Assembly (NCBI GenBank): GCA_024679065.1
Contig: JAGIQG010000023.1
Coordinates: forward strand, 2,914,001-2,978,000
Source of the DNA: Sphyrna mokarran
Taxonomy: Eukaryota
Direction of reading: 5' to 3'
Length of the DNA: 64,000 nt
Position numbers and translations under genes: made by a program. This document shows, one piece after another, positions 38,801 through 52,025 of the stretch (positions within the stretch are counted from its first letter, which is position 1; every line of letters starts with the position of its first letter). The notes below the pieces were generated by a model. The model was not told the origin of the DNA. It searched no databases and saw nothing but the letters and a program-made list of their open reading frames with translations.

Positions 38801-41070
38801 TTTGACCTGCCTCCCTAACATTATCCTCTCTTACTGCAGGCTCCAATCGTAGCAGGAGACCTTATGTATGGCAACAATTCAAGGCTTCAGCAACAGCAGC
38901 TGCTTTGCATAAATTGGCCCCGAGTGCCAGTAACCACACTAGCATGAGGCAACAGTCTTAAACCAGTTCAAAGTCTAATCCCAAGCATTTTTCATCAATC
39001 TAGGCCGCCTTAACACTTTGAATGTTTGAAGTCTTGCTTGAAATATTTCAGCTCAAAAGGGCATTTTGTCAGAATTGGCAATGAAATAGTTACATTTTGG
39101 AATGAGAGATTGTGTGTGCTACACACTCATGTTAAGTGCTGAATGAACTTGATGCACCAGTAGTCAGGGAACACTCAAGTCAACCAACAAACGGCTTGAG
39201 GCTGCAAATGAAAAATGCAACAAGCTCACTGCCATGGTGATGATGTCATTTGCGTTAATGGCTGCAGTAATGATAGGCAAATCTTTACTGCAAACAAATC
39301 TCAATGTACAGGGCTGGTCAGAGTGTTGGAATGTTGAAAATAAATGGGACAACAAGCTTACATTTATATTTATCCAATTCCTTTCCTGACCTCAATGCAT
39401 TCTAAAGCACTTCACAGCCAATAATGTACTTTAAGTGCAAACATCAATTTATGCACAGTCAGGTTTCACAAACAGCAACTGGATAATGACAATTCCAGAT
39501 TTAGTGATGATGGTTATGGGGAAATTAGCCAGGGCAATAGCGAGAGAACAGCTGCTACTCTTCTCATAGCTTACCTCCACTAGAGGCAGACAATGCTTTG
39601 TTTGCCTCATCTGAATGAAGGCACTCTGATGGTTTAATGCTCCCTTAGTGCTGTGCTGAGAGTCAGATTGTGAACTACCTGTTAAGTGTTCCTCACCATA
39701 CCAAGACAGGTATCTCATGTAGAAACCAAGAAAATAGAACGATACCCACAGACAGTGGTGTCTATCTGCTACAAAGGCACATGGAAACACAGAATAGCAC
39801 CTCTCTACGTGCAATCAGGTTTCAAATTTGTATGAATAACAGTGCAATAATCAGTAACAATGATAAATAACACCTGCAATTTTTATTGCTTATATACCCA
39901 TCTTTCATGTCTTCCAGAATGAAGAATCCGACTCCACCTTCTCTTTGGCCAGCCTTTCACTAAAAACAAAAATTCCTCAAATCGGATATTGGCCAACATA
40001 GCTGTGTACAGCAGCTGTGGGAAGCAAATGGACTCCAAGAAAATAACTAATGTTAATTACACTGGATTTGGGCAGCAGAACCTCAGCAGAAATTCTTGGA
40101 AAATATGCACACATTATTGCATTAAGCTTAGAAATAAAAAGTCATCCAGTCCAGAAGGGCAGGGTGTGCATGGAATGTACAATTATAAAAGGACAGCACA
40201 TTCCAACAAGCAGTCATCACTTCAGAAGTGCAGCATAAACATTCCATCCAACTGATGTTTATAGTCCTTAAAAGCCTCCTCCCAGTTTGTCTTCTCATTT
40301 CTTTCTCCCTCAAGTTCCCATCTAGATTTCTCTTAAATACATCTATGCTTTCATCAGAACTTTCTATGTGGTAGCGAGTATCACTTTCTCACCACTACCT
40401 TGGTGACAAAATCTCCCCCGAATTCCCTACTGGATTTATTACTGAATATCTTATATTTGGCCCCTAGTTTCCAAAAGTGGAAACGTCACTTCTTCAATTA
40501 GTTACGAATAATCTGTGTTGGATCATCCTTACAACAATGACAAAATGGAGTCTCAGTCAGGTAAGGGCACTCAGAAGGAAACGGGGTTTGCTAAATGAAG
40601 AGCCTACTGCCCATAATAGAAGTAGAAAAGCACCCCCTTTAAATCAAAAATACCATCGCCATCATACAGGGAGAAACAAAGGAGAAGGTGCCTGCAGCTG
40701 CACATCCCTCCGTTGCACAAGCTTGCTATTCCGAGCACAATCAATTGCTGTTGAAGTTAGGGAGACAAGTCAGCAAATGCAATTTATATACAGCGAGATC
40801 CCACTAACAGCAATAACACGAATACTCCGTTCACCTGATGTGACAGTAGCAGCTAAAGGATAACCGCTAGCTAGAGTTTCCCTGACTGGGTCAGTGCAAA
40901 CATTTACCTGAACAGTCAACCAGCAAGCAACGTGATGCCCCCTCCAACAATGTGGCACTCCCTTGTCACTACTCCCTCCAACATTCCCTTAGTGCTGGAA
41001 CATCCCCCATAGTACTGGACTAAACCAATAGCCTCGATAAAGGTTAAAGTTTATTTTTTAGTTACAAGTA

Positions 41071-42403
41071 TTGGAGAGAATTATTAGGGATAGGATTTAT
41101 AGTTATTTAGAGAGAAATGAATTGATTGGGGATAGTCAGCATGGTTTCGTGAAGGGTAGGTCATGCCTTACTAACCTCATTGAGTTTTTTGAGAAAGTGA
41201 CCAGAGAGGTGGATGGGGGTAAGGCGGTTGATGTAGTATATATGGACTTTAGTAAGGCTTTTGATAAGGTGGCCCATGGAAGACTTCTACAGAAAATGCA
41301 GATGTGTGGAATAGAGGGTGATTTAGCTAATTGGATTAGGAATTGGCTGGCAGATAGAAGACAGAGGGTGGTGGTTGATGGGAGATATTCATCGTGGAGT
41401 TCGGTGACGAGTGGTGTGCCTCAGGGGTCTGTTTTGGGGCCCCTGCTGTTTGTAATTTTTATAAATGATCTGGATGAGGGTATTGAGGGATGGATCAGTA
41501 AATTTGCAGATGACACTAAAGTTGGTGGAGTGGTAGATAGTGAAGAGGGGTGTTATAGTTTACAGAGTGACTTGGACAAGTTGCAGAGCTGGGCCGAGAG
41601 GTGGCAAATGGAGTTTAATGTGGAAAAGTGTGAGGTAATGCACTTTGGCAGGAACAATAAATGTGTAGAGTATAGGGCTAATGGTAGGGCTCTTAATAGT
41701 GTTGAGGAACAGAAGGATCTTGGTGTATGTGTCAATAGATCCCTGAAAGTAGGCAGTCAAGTGGATAAAGTTGTTAAGAAGGCATATGGAGTCTTAGCTT
41801 TTATTGGTAGGGGGATTGAATTTAGGAGCCGCAGCATCATGTTGCAACTGTACAAAACTCTAGTGCGGCCGCACTTGGAGTATTGTGTGCAGTTCTGGTC
41901 CCCACATTATAAGAAAGATGTGGAGGCATTGGAGAGGGTACAGAGGAGGTTTACCAGGATGTTGCCTGGTATGGAGGGCAGGTCCTATGAAGAGAGGTTG
42001 AAGGATTTGAGGTTGTTTTCGTTAGAAAGGAGGCGGCTAAGAGGGGATCTTATTGAAGCATATAAGATGATTAGAGGTTTAGATAGGGTGGACAGTGATA
42101 GCCTTTTTCCTAGGATGGAGAAAGCTAGCACGAGGGGACACAGCTTTAAATTAAGGGGTATGAGTTATAGGACGGATATCAGAGGTAGGTTCTTTACTCA
42201 AAGAGTGATTAGGGAGTGGAATGCCCTGCCTGCAGCTGTTGTAGATGCGCCAAGTTTGGTGGCGTTTAAGAGGTTAGTTGATAAGTATATGGATGAGAAG
42301 GGAATGGTTTAGTTAGGAGGGGCATTGCTTTTTATTTTGGTCGGCACAACATCGAAGGCCGAAGGGCCTGTTCTGTGCTGTATTGTTCTATGTTCTATGT
42401 TCT
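41071..42403 (+). mobile_element. Young 5'-truncated CR1 LINE, uninterrupted 413-codon RT/C-terminal ORF2 fragment plus 3'UTR
   Basis: RT motifs [25 protein letters not shown]. (tgttcta)n tail. aagta is duplicated at 41066-41070 and 42404-42408. Inserted in a minus-strand V-SINE. Confidence 0.96.
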
Positions 42404-42870
42404 AAGTATGCTTACATTAACATTGCAATGAAGTTACTGAAAATTCCCAAGTAGCCAACTTTGGGTTCACTGAGGGAGAATTTAATATGGCCAATGCGTC
42501 TAACCAGCATGGCTTACAGGCTGTAGGAAAATCAGAGCACTCGGAGAAAACCCACACAGCGAGAACATACAAACTCCAAAACAATGACTCAAGCCAAGAA
42601 TCAAACCCGAATCCCTGGCGCTGTGAGGCAGCAGTGCTAAACGCTGTGCCACTCCTATTATGTGCTTAAGTCCGGTGTAGAGGGTTGAAACCCATCCAGC
42701 TGATTCAGAGGGACGCAACCATTGGAAGAAGCTGAATCACCTCAATCCTTATCTTCCGCTTGTTGTTCTGATAATTTGTGTGCCTTTAAACTAGAGCACA
42801 CAGCAGTGGGGAAACTTGACTCTTTCAGGGGACACAGTGCTAATCAGACAAATAACCAATCAAACCAGAA

Positions 42871-42979
42871 ATAGAACATAGAACATTACAGCACAGAACA
42901 GGCCCTTCGGCCTTCGATGTTGCGCCGACCAATATAAAAAGCAATGACCCTCCAAACTAAACCATTCCCTTCTCTTCCA
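42871..42979 (-). mobile_element. Very short 3' fragment of the young CR1 subfamily
   Basis: Nearly identical to 57130-57238 (tagaacatagaacattacagcacagaacaggccc...aaactaaaccattccc). Confidence 0.9.
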
Positions 42980-43546
42980 AATGGAGACCAAAAGGAGTAA
43001 ATTGCATGGGAAAGCTGCATTGCTTATTCTGCGACAGTCATTTGCCTCAGACGCCAGGCTCACTAAATGTATATGGCCATGCTATCTCTAAATGACTCTA
43101 GCCACGCACTCCCACACTGGTCACCTGGCACTCCAAACCTTTCACAACTCATCACCTACACCAATGGAAAGGAAATGCAACTTTTCCTAGGCACAAATCA
43201 CATACTTGCTATTAAATTCTGAAACCCCATCCCCTCTAATTTTTGTCTACCTGCTCACAACATTACCAGGACATTCACTGAACAAGGAAGAAACCACGCC
43301 CGAGTTGCGTTGGGCTCAACAGACCAGTCAGAGTCAGAAGAAGATCAACACTGAACTATTCAATCTACTTTTACCAAGTCTATCTCCCCACTCAAAGCTT
43401 GTCAGGGTAGGATGAGCATTAAATCAAGTGTTAGAGTAATACATTCATTGAGTATATCTAAATAAAAGTGCACAGATTTTTGGATTGAGAGTCAGTCAGG
43501 TGGGAAGATAAAGTGGAGGTAAAAGATCAATCATTATCTTACTGAA

Positions 43547-43816
43547 TATAGAACATAGAACATTACAGCACAGAACAGGCCCTTTGGCCTTTGATGTTGC
43601 GCCGACCAATATAAAAAGCAATGCCCCTCCAAACTAAACCATTCCCTTCTCTTCCATATACTTATCAACTAACCTCTTAAACGCCACCAAACATGGCGCA
43701 TCTACAACTGCTGCAGGCAGGGCATTCCACTCCCGAACCACCCTTTGGGTAAAGAACCTGCCTCTGATATCCGTCCTATAACTATCACCCCTTAATTTAA
43801 AGCTGTGTCCCCTCAT
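43547..43816 (-). mobile_element. 3' fragment of the young CR1 subfamily
   Basis: RGHSFKLRGDSYRTDIRGRFFTQRVVREWNALP..KGMV plus tail. tgaata is duplicated at 43543 and 43816. Confidence 0.92.
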
Positions 43817-44519
43817 GAATAGGAGAGCATGCTTGAGGAACCAAATGATCTACCCCTACTCTGATCCATGCACAGAGCCTTCAGTTTCCCACAAGGAGAT
43901 CAATCCACTAGCTTGCTGAGACAGATTTACTGGACAGATAGAACACTGAGCTACGCATTGTGGGTGGTGATCATAGGATCATACAGCGCGGAAGGCAGCC
44001 ATTTGGCCCATTGAATCTGCACCAACTGTCTGACAGAGTATCTCACCCAGGCCCACCCTTATCCTATTGCTCTCAACCCCACACATTTATCCCATTAATC
44101 TCCCAACCTATGTATCTTAGGACACTAACGGACAACTTACTTTGGCAAATCCACCTAACCTGCACATCTTTGGATAACTTCAAGGTAAACGTTTATGATC
44201 CATTAAGTATCTCAACTATTCCCATCAGCCTTAATTTTGCACTTGTTCGAATCAAAAACTGGCCACTGAAGCAAGCAAGAATTAATCCCAACACTACAGC
44301 ATGGTGATATAATGGTTAGCACTGCTGTCTCACAGCACAGGACCTAGGTTCAATTCCCGTCTCAGGTGACAGTTTCTGTTGCACATTCACCCTATGTCTT
44401 TGTGAATTTTCTCCAGGTGTTCTGGTTCCTCCCACAAAATAAGATGTAATTAGATGGACTGACCATGTTAAATTGTCCTCAAAGTTGGTTAAGTGGATCA
44501 TCCATGGTCCTAGGTTAAT

Positions 44520-44870
44520 TGTCTAGCGATAATACAAATGGCTTGATGGTTTTAATTGGTAGACAATTAATCCAGAAACTCGGCTAGTGTTCTGCGGACC
44601 CAGGTTCAAATCCCACCATGGCAGATGCTGAATCTGAATTCAACAAAAAAATCTGGCATCAAGAATTTACTAATAAACACTGCCAGAAAGAACAATCTGG
44701 GCCACTCATGTCTTTTAGGGAAGGAAATCTGCCGTTTTACCTGGTCTGGCCTACATGTGATTCCAGAGCCTTAGCAATGTGGTTGACTTTCAATTGCCCT
44801 CTGAAATGGCACTCAGGGCAATTAAGGATGGGCAACAAACGTGGGCTAGCCAGCCTGCCTACGATGCTGG
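44520..44870 (+). mobile_element. tRNA-derived SINE sharing the second LINE family's tail (other copies ~4985-5240 +, 9350-9700 -, 31810-32160 +, 46750-46940 +)
   Basis: B-box-like ggttcaaatccca, body tttagggaaggaaatctgcc..cctacatgtgactccag..gcaatgtggttgact, and the shared ggatgggcaa.aaa.g tail. Confidence 0.7.
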
Positions 44871-45079
44871 AAGGGTTACAATGATAGGGCTTGGGGGAAA
44901 TGGTGGGTCTGGGGAAGATGCTCTTTCAGAGAGTCAGTGCAGATTCAATGAGCCAAATGGCCTCCTTCTACAGTGTAGGAATTTGATGGTTTCTACAATA
45001 GATGACATTGCATACAAAACGGATTCAAGATGGTGCTGGAGCAAATCGACTTCTTGCAAGCTGTACCCAGCGAACCACT

Positions 45080-45262
45080 GATTCTATCTTTTACTGTTGT
45101 TTTATACTTTAAAACTGTACTCTAACTCTTAACACTATATTCTACACTCTCTCCTTCCCTTTTCACCCTGTGTACTCTATGAACAATAGCTTTTGTCTGT
45201 ATAATGCTCAAGAAACAATACTTTTTATTGCATCCCAATACATGTGACAATAATAAATCAAG
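45080..45262 (+). mobile_element. Rex1/Babar-like 3'UTR fragment
   Basis: Matches 31500-31620 (ctatgaa...tgtctgtata...caagaaacaatacttttcactgtat...catgtgac..aatca). Confidence 0.6.
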
Positions 45263-48200
45263 AAATGACACAGCTTTCTCAGAAAAGAGAAACATTACAT
45301 GAACTTAGGTTAACAGTTAGACAGCGATTGCGTGATAGTTTGTGAAAAGATTTCTACATATGAATAGATGTGGTTGCCTCTCAAATGCCCTCTGAAATGA
45401 GCAGCACTTAGGAATGGACAATAAATGTTGACCCAGCCAGCAAAGCTCATCCTGTGAAATGTAAAAAATATTCCTTCAAGAGCACCATCTAAACCACAAG
45501 GAGACATCAGCACTTGCAAATTTCCTATTAAGCCACTCATTGCCATTCTTTCATTGCCACTGAATCAAAATCCTAGAAAACACTTCCTAAGAGCACCAAG
45601 ACTATACCTGCACTAAATGTGATAGTTCAAGAATGCAGCATCAAGAACATGGTTCATCATCAAGAGTAACGATAGGTGGCTGACAAATGCTGGTCTTGTC
45701 AGTGACACCCACATTCAGTGAATGAATTAAAAGGATGACTAAGGAAGAAACAAGAAAAACTCAACAGTTAATGAAAGCAAAAATCAAAAACATTGAATCA
45801 TTACTTCACTGCAGGGAGATTAGTTAGGCAAACGTGACATTAGAACAGATTAAAAGGATCTAAGGATATTTGTGTAGGAAGTGGGAGGGAATTGAGAAAC
45901 TAATCAAGCAGCGGGGATAAAACCCTGGTCTAGAGATTGCACCCAATCATATTAAAAGTTAGAGAAGAATTAGCAGAGGCACCATCACGTATATATAAAA
46001 ATTAATTAGAAAAGGGAATAGTGCCAAATAACTGGTGGACAGTTAATGTAATTCCTATAAAAGGAGAGAGAACACGTTCAGGGAACTACAAACCAATTAG
46101 CTTAATGGTTGCAGGCAATATAATTGAAGCATTAATCAAAGATACAACAGAAAAACACCTAGAAACTGAAAGTGGACAGGATGGAATTCCAACAATACGA
46201 TCATAATGCTGAAGCCCACATTCTGCCAATCCGGTGGGAATATCGCTACCACTGTGAGAAGCTAAATTATTTCCATCTGTATTGCATCTGCCAATGCTTT
46301 TGATAATTGACGTCCTTTTAAACTAGACCACACAACACAATAGAAAACTCTGCCCATCTGCAATATGAGGAGAATGGTGTTAATCAGACAAATGCTTGAT
46401 AAATTACAACATTATCAAGAGCAAAGGAGTAAACTGTATGGGAGGGCTGCATTCCTTGCTGCCCTAGAATTAACAGAGCTGCCTGGAACCAAAGAGTCAC
46501 CTGATGTGATCAATCACATTCCAGCTGATTCCGTTACAAAACTTCTGGCCTCTAATTCCCCCACCCTTCCACCAAAAATATTCCATTGGCTGTAAAGCAC
46601 TTTTGGGTGTCCAGTGATAAAGCACAACATCTAAAGGCAAGCTTTCCTTTCTTCTTCCCTTGCAATGCATCACTACCTGCACGAAATTAGAAGGCAAACA
46701 GATAATATTTGCCTCTCTCATTCTCCATTTTTACCTTACATCTAGTGATGATCACGAAACCACTGTTGTAAAATCCTTAATGTCCTTTAGAGAAGGAAAT
46801 CTGTCGTCATTACTTGGTCTGACCGACATGTGACTTCAGACCCATAAAAATGTGGTTGACTTTCAAATACCCTCTGAAATGGAGGGCAATTAGGAATGGG
46901 CAATGAATGCTAGCAATGCCCACATCCCATAAAACTAAAAGAAAACAATTCCACCAGTTTTTCCAGGCTGAGAAATGGTTTAGTTTACTCAATGAGTGCA
47001 ATACTGGGCTGTTGTGGCAATGCCAAAGGAGACATTTATAATCCCGTCGTCATGAGCAGCAAATCCATACCTGTTTGCTGTCAAAACCTGACCAGTAAAT
47101 CCAGAGAGAACTAATCCCCTCAGTATGACGGGTGACATTACATAGAAATGATTCAGTACTCGAGACACATGGTGCGAACCCTGGATTAACACAGGGCGGT
47201 ACAAACAGACATTGCATGACATTTTAAAGTTGCCTGCTCAGCTGAGAGGGGTGTGAAATGACAAATAAAACATCAAGTGAAATTGGACGATTGTTTTGCT
47301 CAGCTCAGACACTTGGAAGCACTGCACGAACAAATACAGGTAAGAGGGAAATCGAAGGAGCAACAGCAAGTGGACAAAGGCCGGGGTAACAAGGGGCAAG
47401 TTAATGTTTATACGTCACTGTATCTAAACAGCAATGTCTCACAGTGCTTTAAAAAAAAAATGCAGATACCAAGCAAGAGGTCTTCTGAGAGCAGGGAAGG
47501 AAGCTAAAGGTTCGCAGATGATGTAGGCAAAGGAGCTGAACATATATCCAACAATGAGGGACCAAGCATTGAATGAGGAGTAAGCAGGAGCCCATGGTTA
47601 AATGTCTTATCCATTATACAGCTCCTCAAACAGTCCAGCACTCCTTCAGGACACAGGGATGTCAGCCTGGATCATGAGCTCAAATCACTAGAGTGGGACA
47701 AGAACTTGTGACCCATGATTCAAGAGTGGTTAGCGCTGCTGCTGCCTCACAGCACCACGGACCTGGATTCGATTGCTGACTTAGGTCACTGTATGTGGAG
47801 CTTGCACATTCTCCCCATGACTGCATGGGATTCCTCGGGTGCTCCAGTTTTCTCCTACAGTCTGAAAGACGTCCTGATTAGGTGCATTGGCCATGCTAAA
47901 TTCTCCGTGTCCTCGAACAGACTTTTGACTGTGGAGAGTAGGGGATTTTCCACAGTAACTTCATTGCAGTGTTAACGTAAACTTATTTGTGACAAATAAA
48001 CTTTTAGAGGGGACACTACTACTGAATCGGAGTTCACATTTGAACTAGGTTTAAGATGGCAACCAAGGAATGATGATTGTCGAAGGATAATGGTACAGAG
48101 GACAGATAGGATCTCAGCTTAATATCTCATCCAAAAACTAAATTTTGATAGCACTTCCGAAACACTTCACTGGTAGTTTGCATGAATTACGTGCACAAGT

Positions 48201-48889
48201 CTCCAGAGTGGGACTTGAACCCACAATCAGGCGAGAGTGCTGCCCACTTGGCCTCAGTTGACTTAGGAATCATGATGCAGTAGAGTCCAAGCATTTAACC
48301 CCTTATCACCCACTCCCCTTTAATGAGATTTTGGGTCTTTGCTACTTAGCTAAACATAGCAACAAGAAACTAATGTCTATTCTTTTATTAATCATTCTAC
48401 ATTCCTCAGATCCACCCCCATCGTACATCTATCAAAAAATTCAGCAACAGATAAATATTAAAATAGAAATTCCATGCAAGATGGTCTCCAGAGTCTGACC
48501 CTCTAAAGACAAGGGCCACATTATTCCTCCCAAACCTGGAACTGTTCCAGTTTCTGAATCTCTCACTGTTGTGATTTATGGTGAAATGTGAGTCCTTTGA
48601 TTAGATTCCAGCCTGTAACTCTTCATGTAACACACTGATATATTCTACGGTCACAGTGAACACACTGCACTCAAATTCAGAACAAAACATTCATTCATTT
48701 AACAAGATAACAAAACTATTTGTTCTTTCTGAAAGCACTCAAGACTCACATTTGCCCCTTTGTTTAGAAGGTGTACTACAATTCAATATCCCTTTTCTCA
48801 TGAACATAATTTGCTAAATAAAATCTTCAACTGAAATTTGAGTCACGCAGATGCATGTCAGTTATCACATTTTCTTATTGTATGGGATC

Positions 48890-49594
48890 CTGCAGGTGCA
48901 TTCCTCCAACAAGAGAGAATCTAACCAACACCCCTTGATATTCATGATATTGTCACTGCTGAATCCCCCAGTATCAATATCCTGGGGGTTGAACTGGACT
49001 AGGCACATAAATACGAAGCTCACCAGAACAGATCAACGACTAGGAACTAGTAACTCCCTTTCTGCCTTCCCAAATCCTGTCCACAATCTACTAGGCACAA
49101 ATCAAGACTGAAATGGAATACTTTCCAATTGCCTGGCTGTGCGCAGTTCCAACAGTGTTCAAGTAGCTCGACACCATTCAGGACAAAGCAGCCCACTTGA
49201 CTAGTACCGCTTCCATAAACATCCACTCTCTCCACCACCAAAGAACAGTGACAGCCATGTGCATCACTTACAGGAAGCACTGTAGAAACTCACGAGGGCT
49301 CCTTATACTTCACCACCCAAACCCTCGACAAGTACAACCTAAAAGGACAAGAGCAGCAGGTACCTGGGGACACAAACATTTGCAAGTTCCCCTCCAAGTC
49401 ACTCACCATTTCTTCACTGTCGCAGGGTTAAAATCCTGGGACTCACTGCCCAATGGTGCCATAGGTGTCAGCACCTCAAAGGCTTTAGCAATTTAAGAGG
49501 AGAGCTCACCACCACCTTCTCAAGGGAAACTAGGGATGGGCAATAAATGCTGGCCCAGCCAGCGATGCTCATATCCATAAATAAATTCAAAAAA
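48890..49594 (+). mobile_element. 3' portion of the same second LINE family
   Basis: NIHSLHHQRTV.AMC..Y..HC.NS..L..HPNPR, tail gggatgggcaataaatgctggcccagccagcgatgc. Confidence 0.8.
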
Positions 49595-49869
49595 TGGCAA
49601 AAGCTCCCTTTTGTACTATAACTGGGATTTGATAGGTTAAAAGAGAGCCTTGAATTATGAGACCAAATTAAAGTCAGCAACCAGCACTTTCAGTAGCACG
49701 GACACAAGATACAATGAAGTGTGAACGAATATTCCAATGATAGGAGCGTTTTGCAGCAAAGTTTGGCACATTATGAGTCTCATGGTCACGCCTCGCACTG
49801 CGATTCGACAGCTAGGAACATGGCATTTTAAAAAGTTTTATTCCATAACTGCCTCAAAGAAATAATCAT

Positions 49870-51362
49870 TTAGAGTCATAGAGATTTACAGCAGGGAAAC
49901 AGGCCCTTCGGCCCAACTTGTTCATGCTGCCCTTTTTAAAAAAACCCTAAACTAATCCCAATTGCCCACATTTGGTCCATATCCCTCTATACCTATCTTA
50001 CCCATGTAATTATCTAAATGCTTTTAAAAAGATAAAATTGTACCTGCCTCTGCTGCTACCTCTGACAGCTTGTTCCAGACATTCACTACCCTTTGGACAC
50101 TTTTGTATCTTTCCCCTCTCACCTTAAACCCATGCCCTCTAGTTTTAGATTCCCCTACCTTTGGGAAAATATATTGACTATCTAGTTGATCTATGCCCCT
50201 CATTTTATAGATCTCTAAGATTGCACTTCAGCCTCCTACACTCCAGAGAATAAAGTTCCAGTCTATCTAGCCTCTCCTTATAACTTAAACCATCAAGTCC
50301 TGTGAGCATCCTTGTAAATCTTTTCTGCACTCTTTCTAGTTTAATAATATCCTTTCTATAATAGGGTGACCAGAACTGTAGTATTCCAAATGTGACCTTA
50401 TCAAGATCTTGTACAACTTCAATAAGATGTCCCAATTCCTATATTCAATGGTTCTGATCAATGAAATCAACCACGCTGAATGCCTTTTTCACCACTCTGT
50501 CCACCCGTGACTTCACTTTCAAGGAGCTACGAACACGTACCCCTAGATCTCTTTGTTCTGTAATTCTCCCCAGTGGCTTAGTGTTAACTGAAGTCCTGCC
50601 CTGGTTCAATCTACCAAAATACATTACCTCACATTTGTCTACATTAAACTCCATCTGCCATTTGTCAGCCCACTGGCCCAATTGATCAAGATCCCGCTTC
50701 AACTGGAGATAACTTTCCTCACTGTCCACAGGCCAATCTTGTCGTCATCTGCAAACTTATTAACCATGCCTCCCATACTCTCACCCAAATCATTTATGTT
50801 AATGACAAATAACAGTGGGGTCAGCACTGATCCCTGAGGCACCCCGCTGGTCACAGGCCTCCAGTTTGAAAAACAAGTCTCTACAATCACCCTCCGGCTT
50901 CTGTCAAGCAGCTAATTTTGTATCATTTAGATACCTCACCCTCGACCCCATGACATTTAACTTTACATAACAACCTACCATGTGGCACCTTTTCAAAGGC
51001 CCTGCTAAAGTCCATATAATCAACTGCACTGTCCTCATCTACCTTCTTGGTTACTCCTTCAAAAAACTCAATTAAATTTGTGAGACATGATTTTCCACTC
51101 TCAAAGCCATACTGACTGTCCCTAATCAGTCCTTATATCTCTAAACGTCCGCAGGTCCTGTCTCTCAAAATACCTTCCAACCACAGATGAGAGACTCATT
51201 GGCCTGTAGTTCCCAGACTTTTCCCTGCAGCCCTTTATGAACAAAGGCACTAACGTTTGCTGCTTTCCAATTTCAGGCACATCACCCGTGATTATCAATG
51301 ACTCAAATATCTCAGCTAGGGGACCCGCAATTTCCTCCCTAGCCTCCCACAAAGTCTTGGGA
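49870..51362 (-). mobile_element. Degenerate CR1 ORF2 3' portion
   Basis: ORFs 50205-51352 give [35 protein letters not shown], with the tail at 49870. Confidence 0.9.
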
Positions 51363-51369
51363 TGAACTT

Positions 51370-52025
51370 TACAATGCTACTAGCTTCACTATGGCTGAAA
51401 AAGAGAACCTGGTGGCATGAACCACAATAAGAACAGCCATAGAAAGGAGCAGCAGGGCTGCCCTCACAGCCAGAGAGAGAGAGGAACAGCAGGCACCTGA
51501 AAACATTAGAGAAGTGCCACCAGTGCTGCCACCGCCACAATATCCTGCAAATCTACTGGCAGGATAGGCACACCAACATCAGTTTTCTCACTCAAGACAA
51601 CATCGAAGCACTGATTCTGCCTGATCAGCTCTGCTGTGTGGGCCACATTGTCTCCATACCCGACACGCAACTCCCAAAGCAAGCATTCTACTTGGAACTT
51701 CAACACGGCTAGCAAACCCCAGGAAGGAAGAGAAAACACTTCAATGAAACCCTCACCATGAGAATCTCTGGGCCAAGACAATCTGAAAGGGAGGAAAAGC
51801 ATCCAGGAAGGAGCTGAACACCAAGTTTCATCACCAAGAATGAGCTAAAACCAAGCATCACCAGCACCCCAGACACACCACCAGGTGCCCACTATCCCAG
51901 CACCACCTACCCACCTGTAACCAAGACTCTGACTGTGTATTCAACTCCTCCATTAACTGAGAGCTCATTTTTTGTGTGGAAACAGATCATCCCCAATTCT
52001 GAGGGAATACCCAAGAAGGCAACGG
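51370..52025 (+). mobile_element. Degenerate RTE-clade LINE 3' portion
   Basis: Reads SRHLKTLEK.HQ.C...ILQI.WQDR.TNIS.L...QL...GH....PDT.LPKQ.FY.ELQHG...RK.F, the typical RTE C-terminal region. Confidence 0.7.

Noticed and set aside
41071-42312. 413-aa RT ORF as a domesticated gene or retron-like/defence system
   Set aside because: It is a 5'-truncated CR1 ORF2 with a TTG pseudo-start at the insertion junction, a LINE tail, a TSD and near-identical sister copies.
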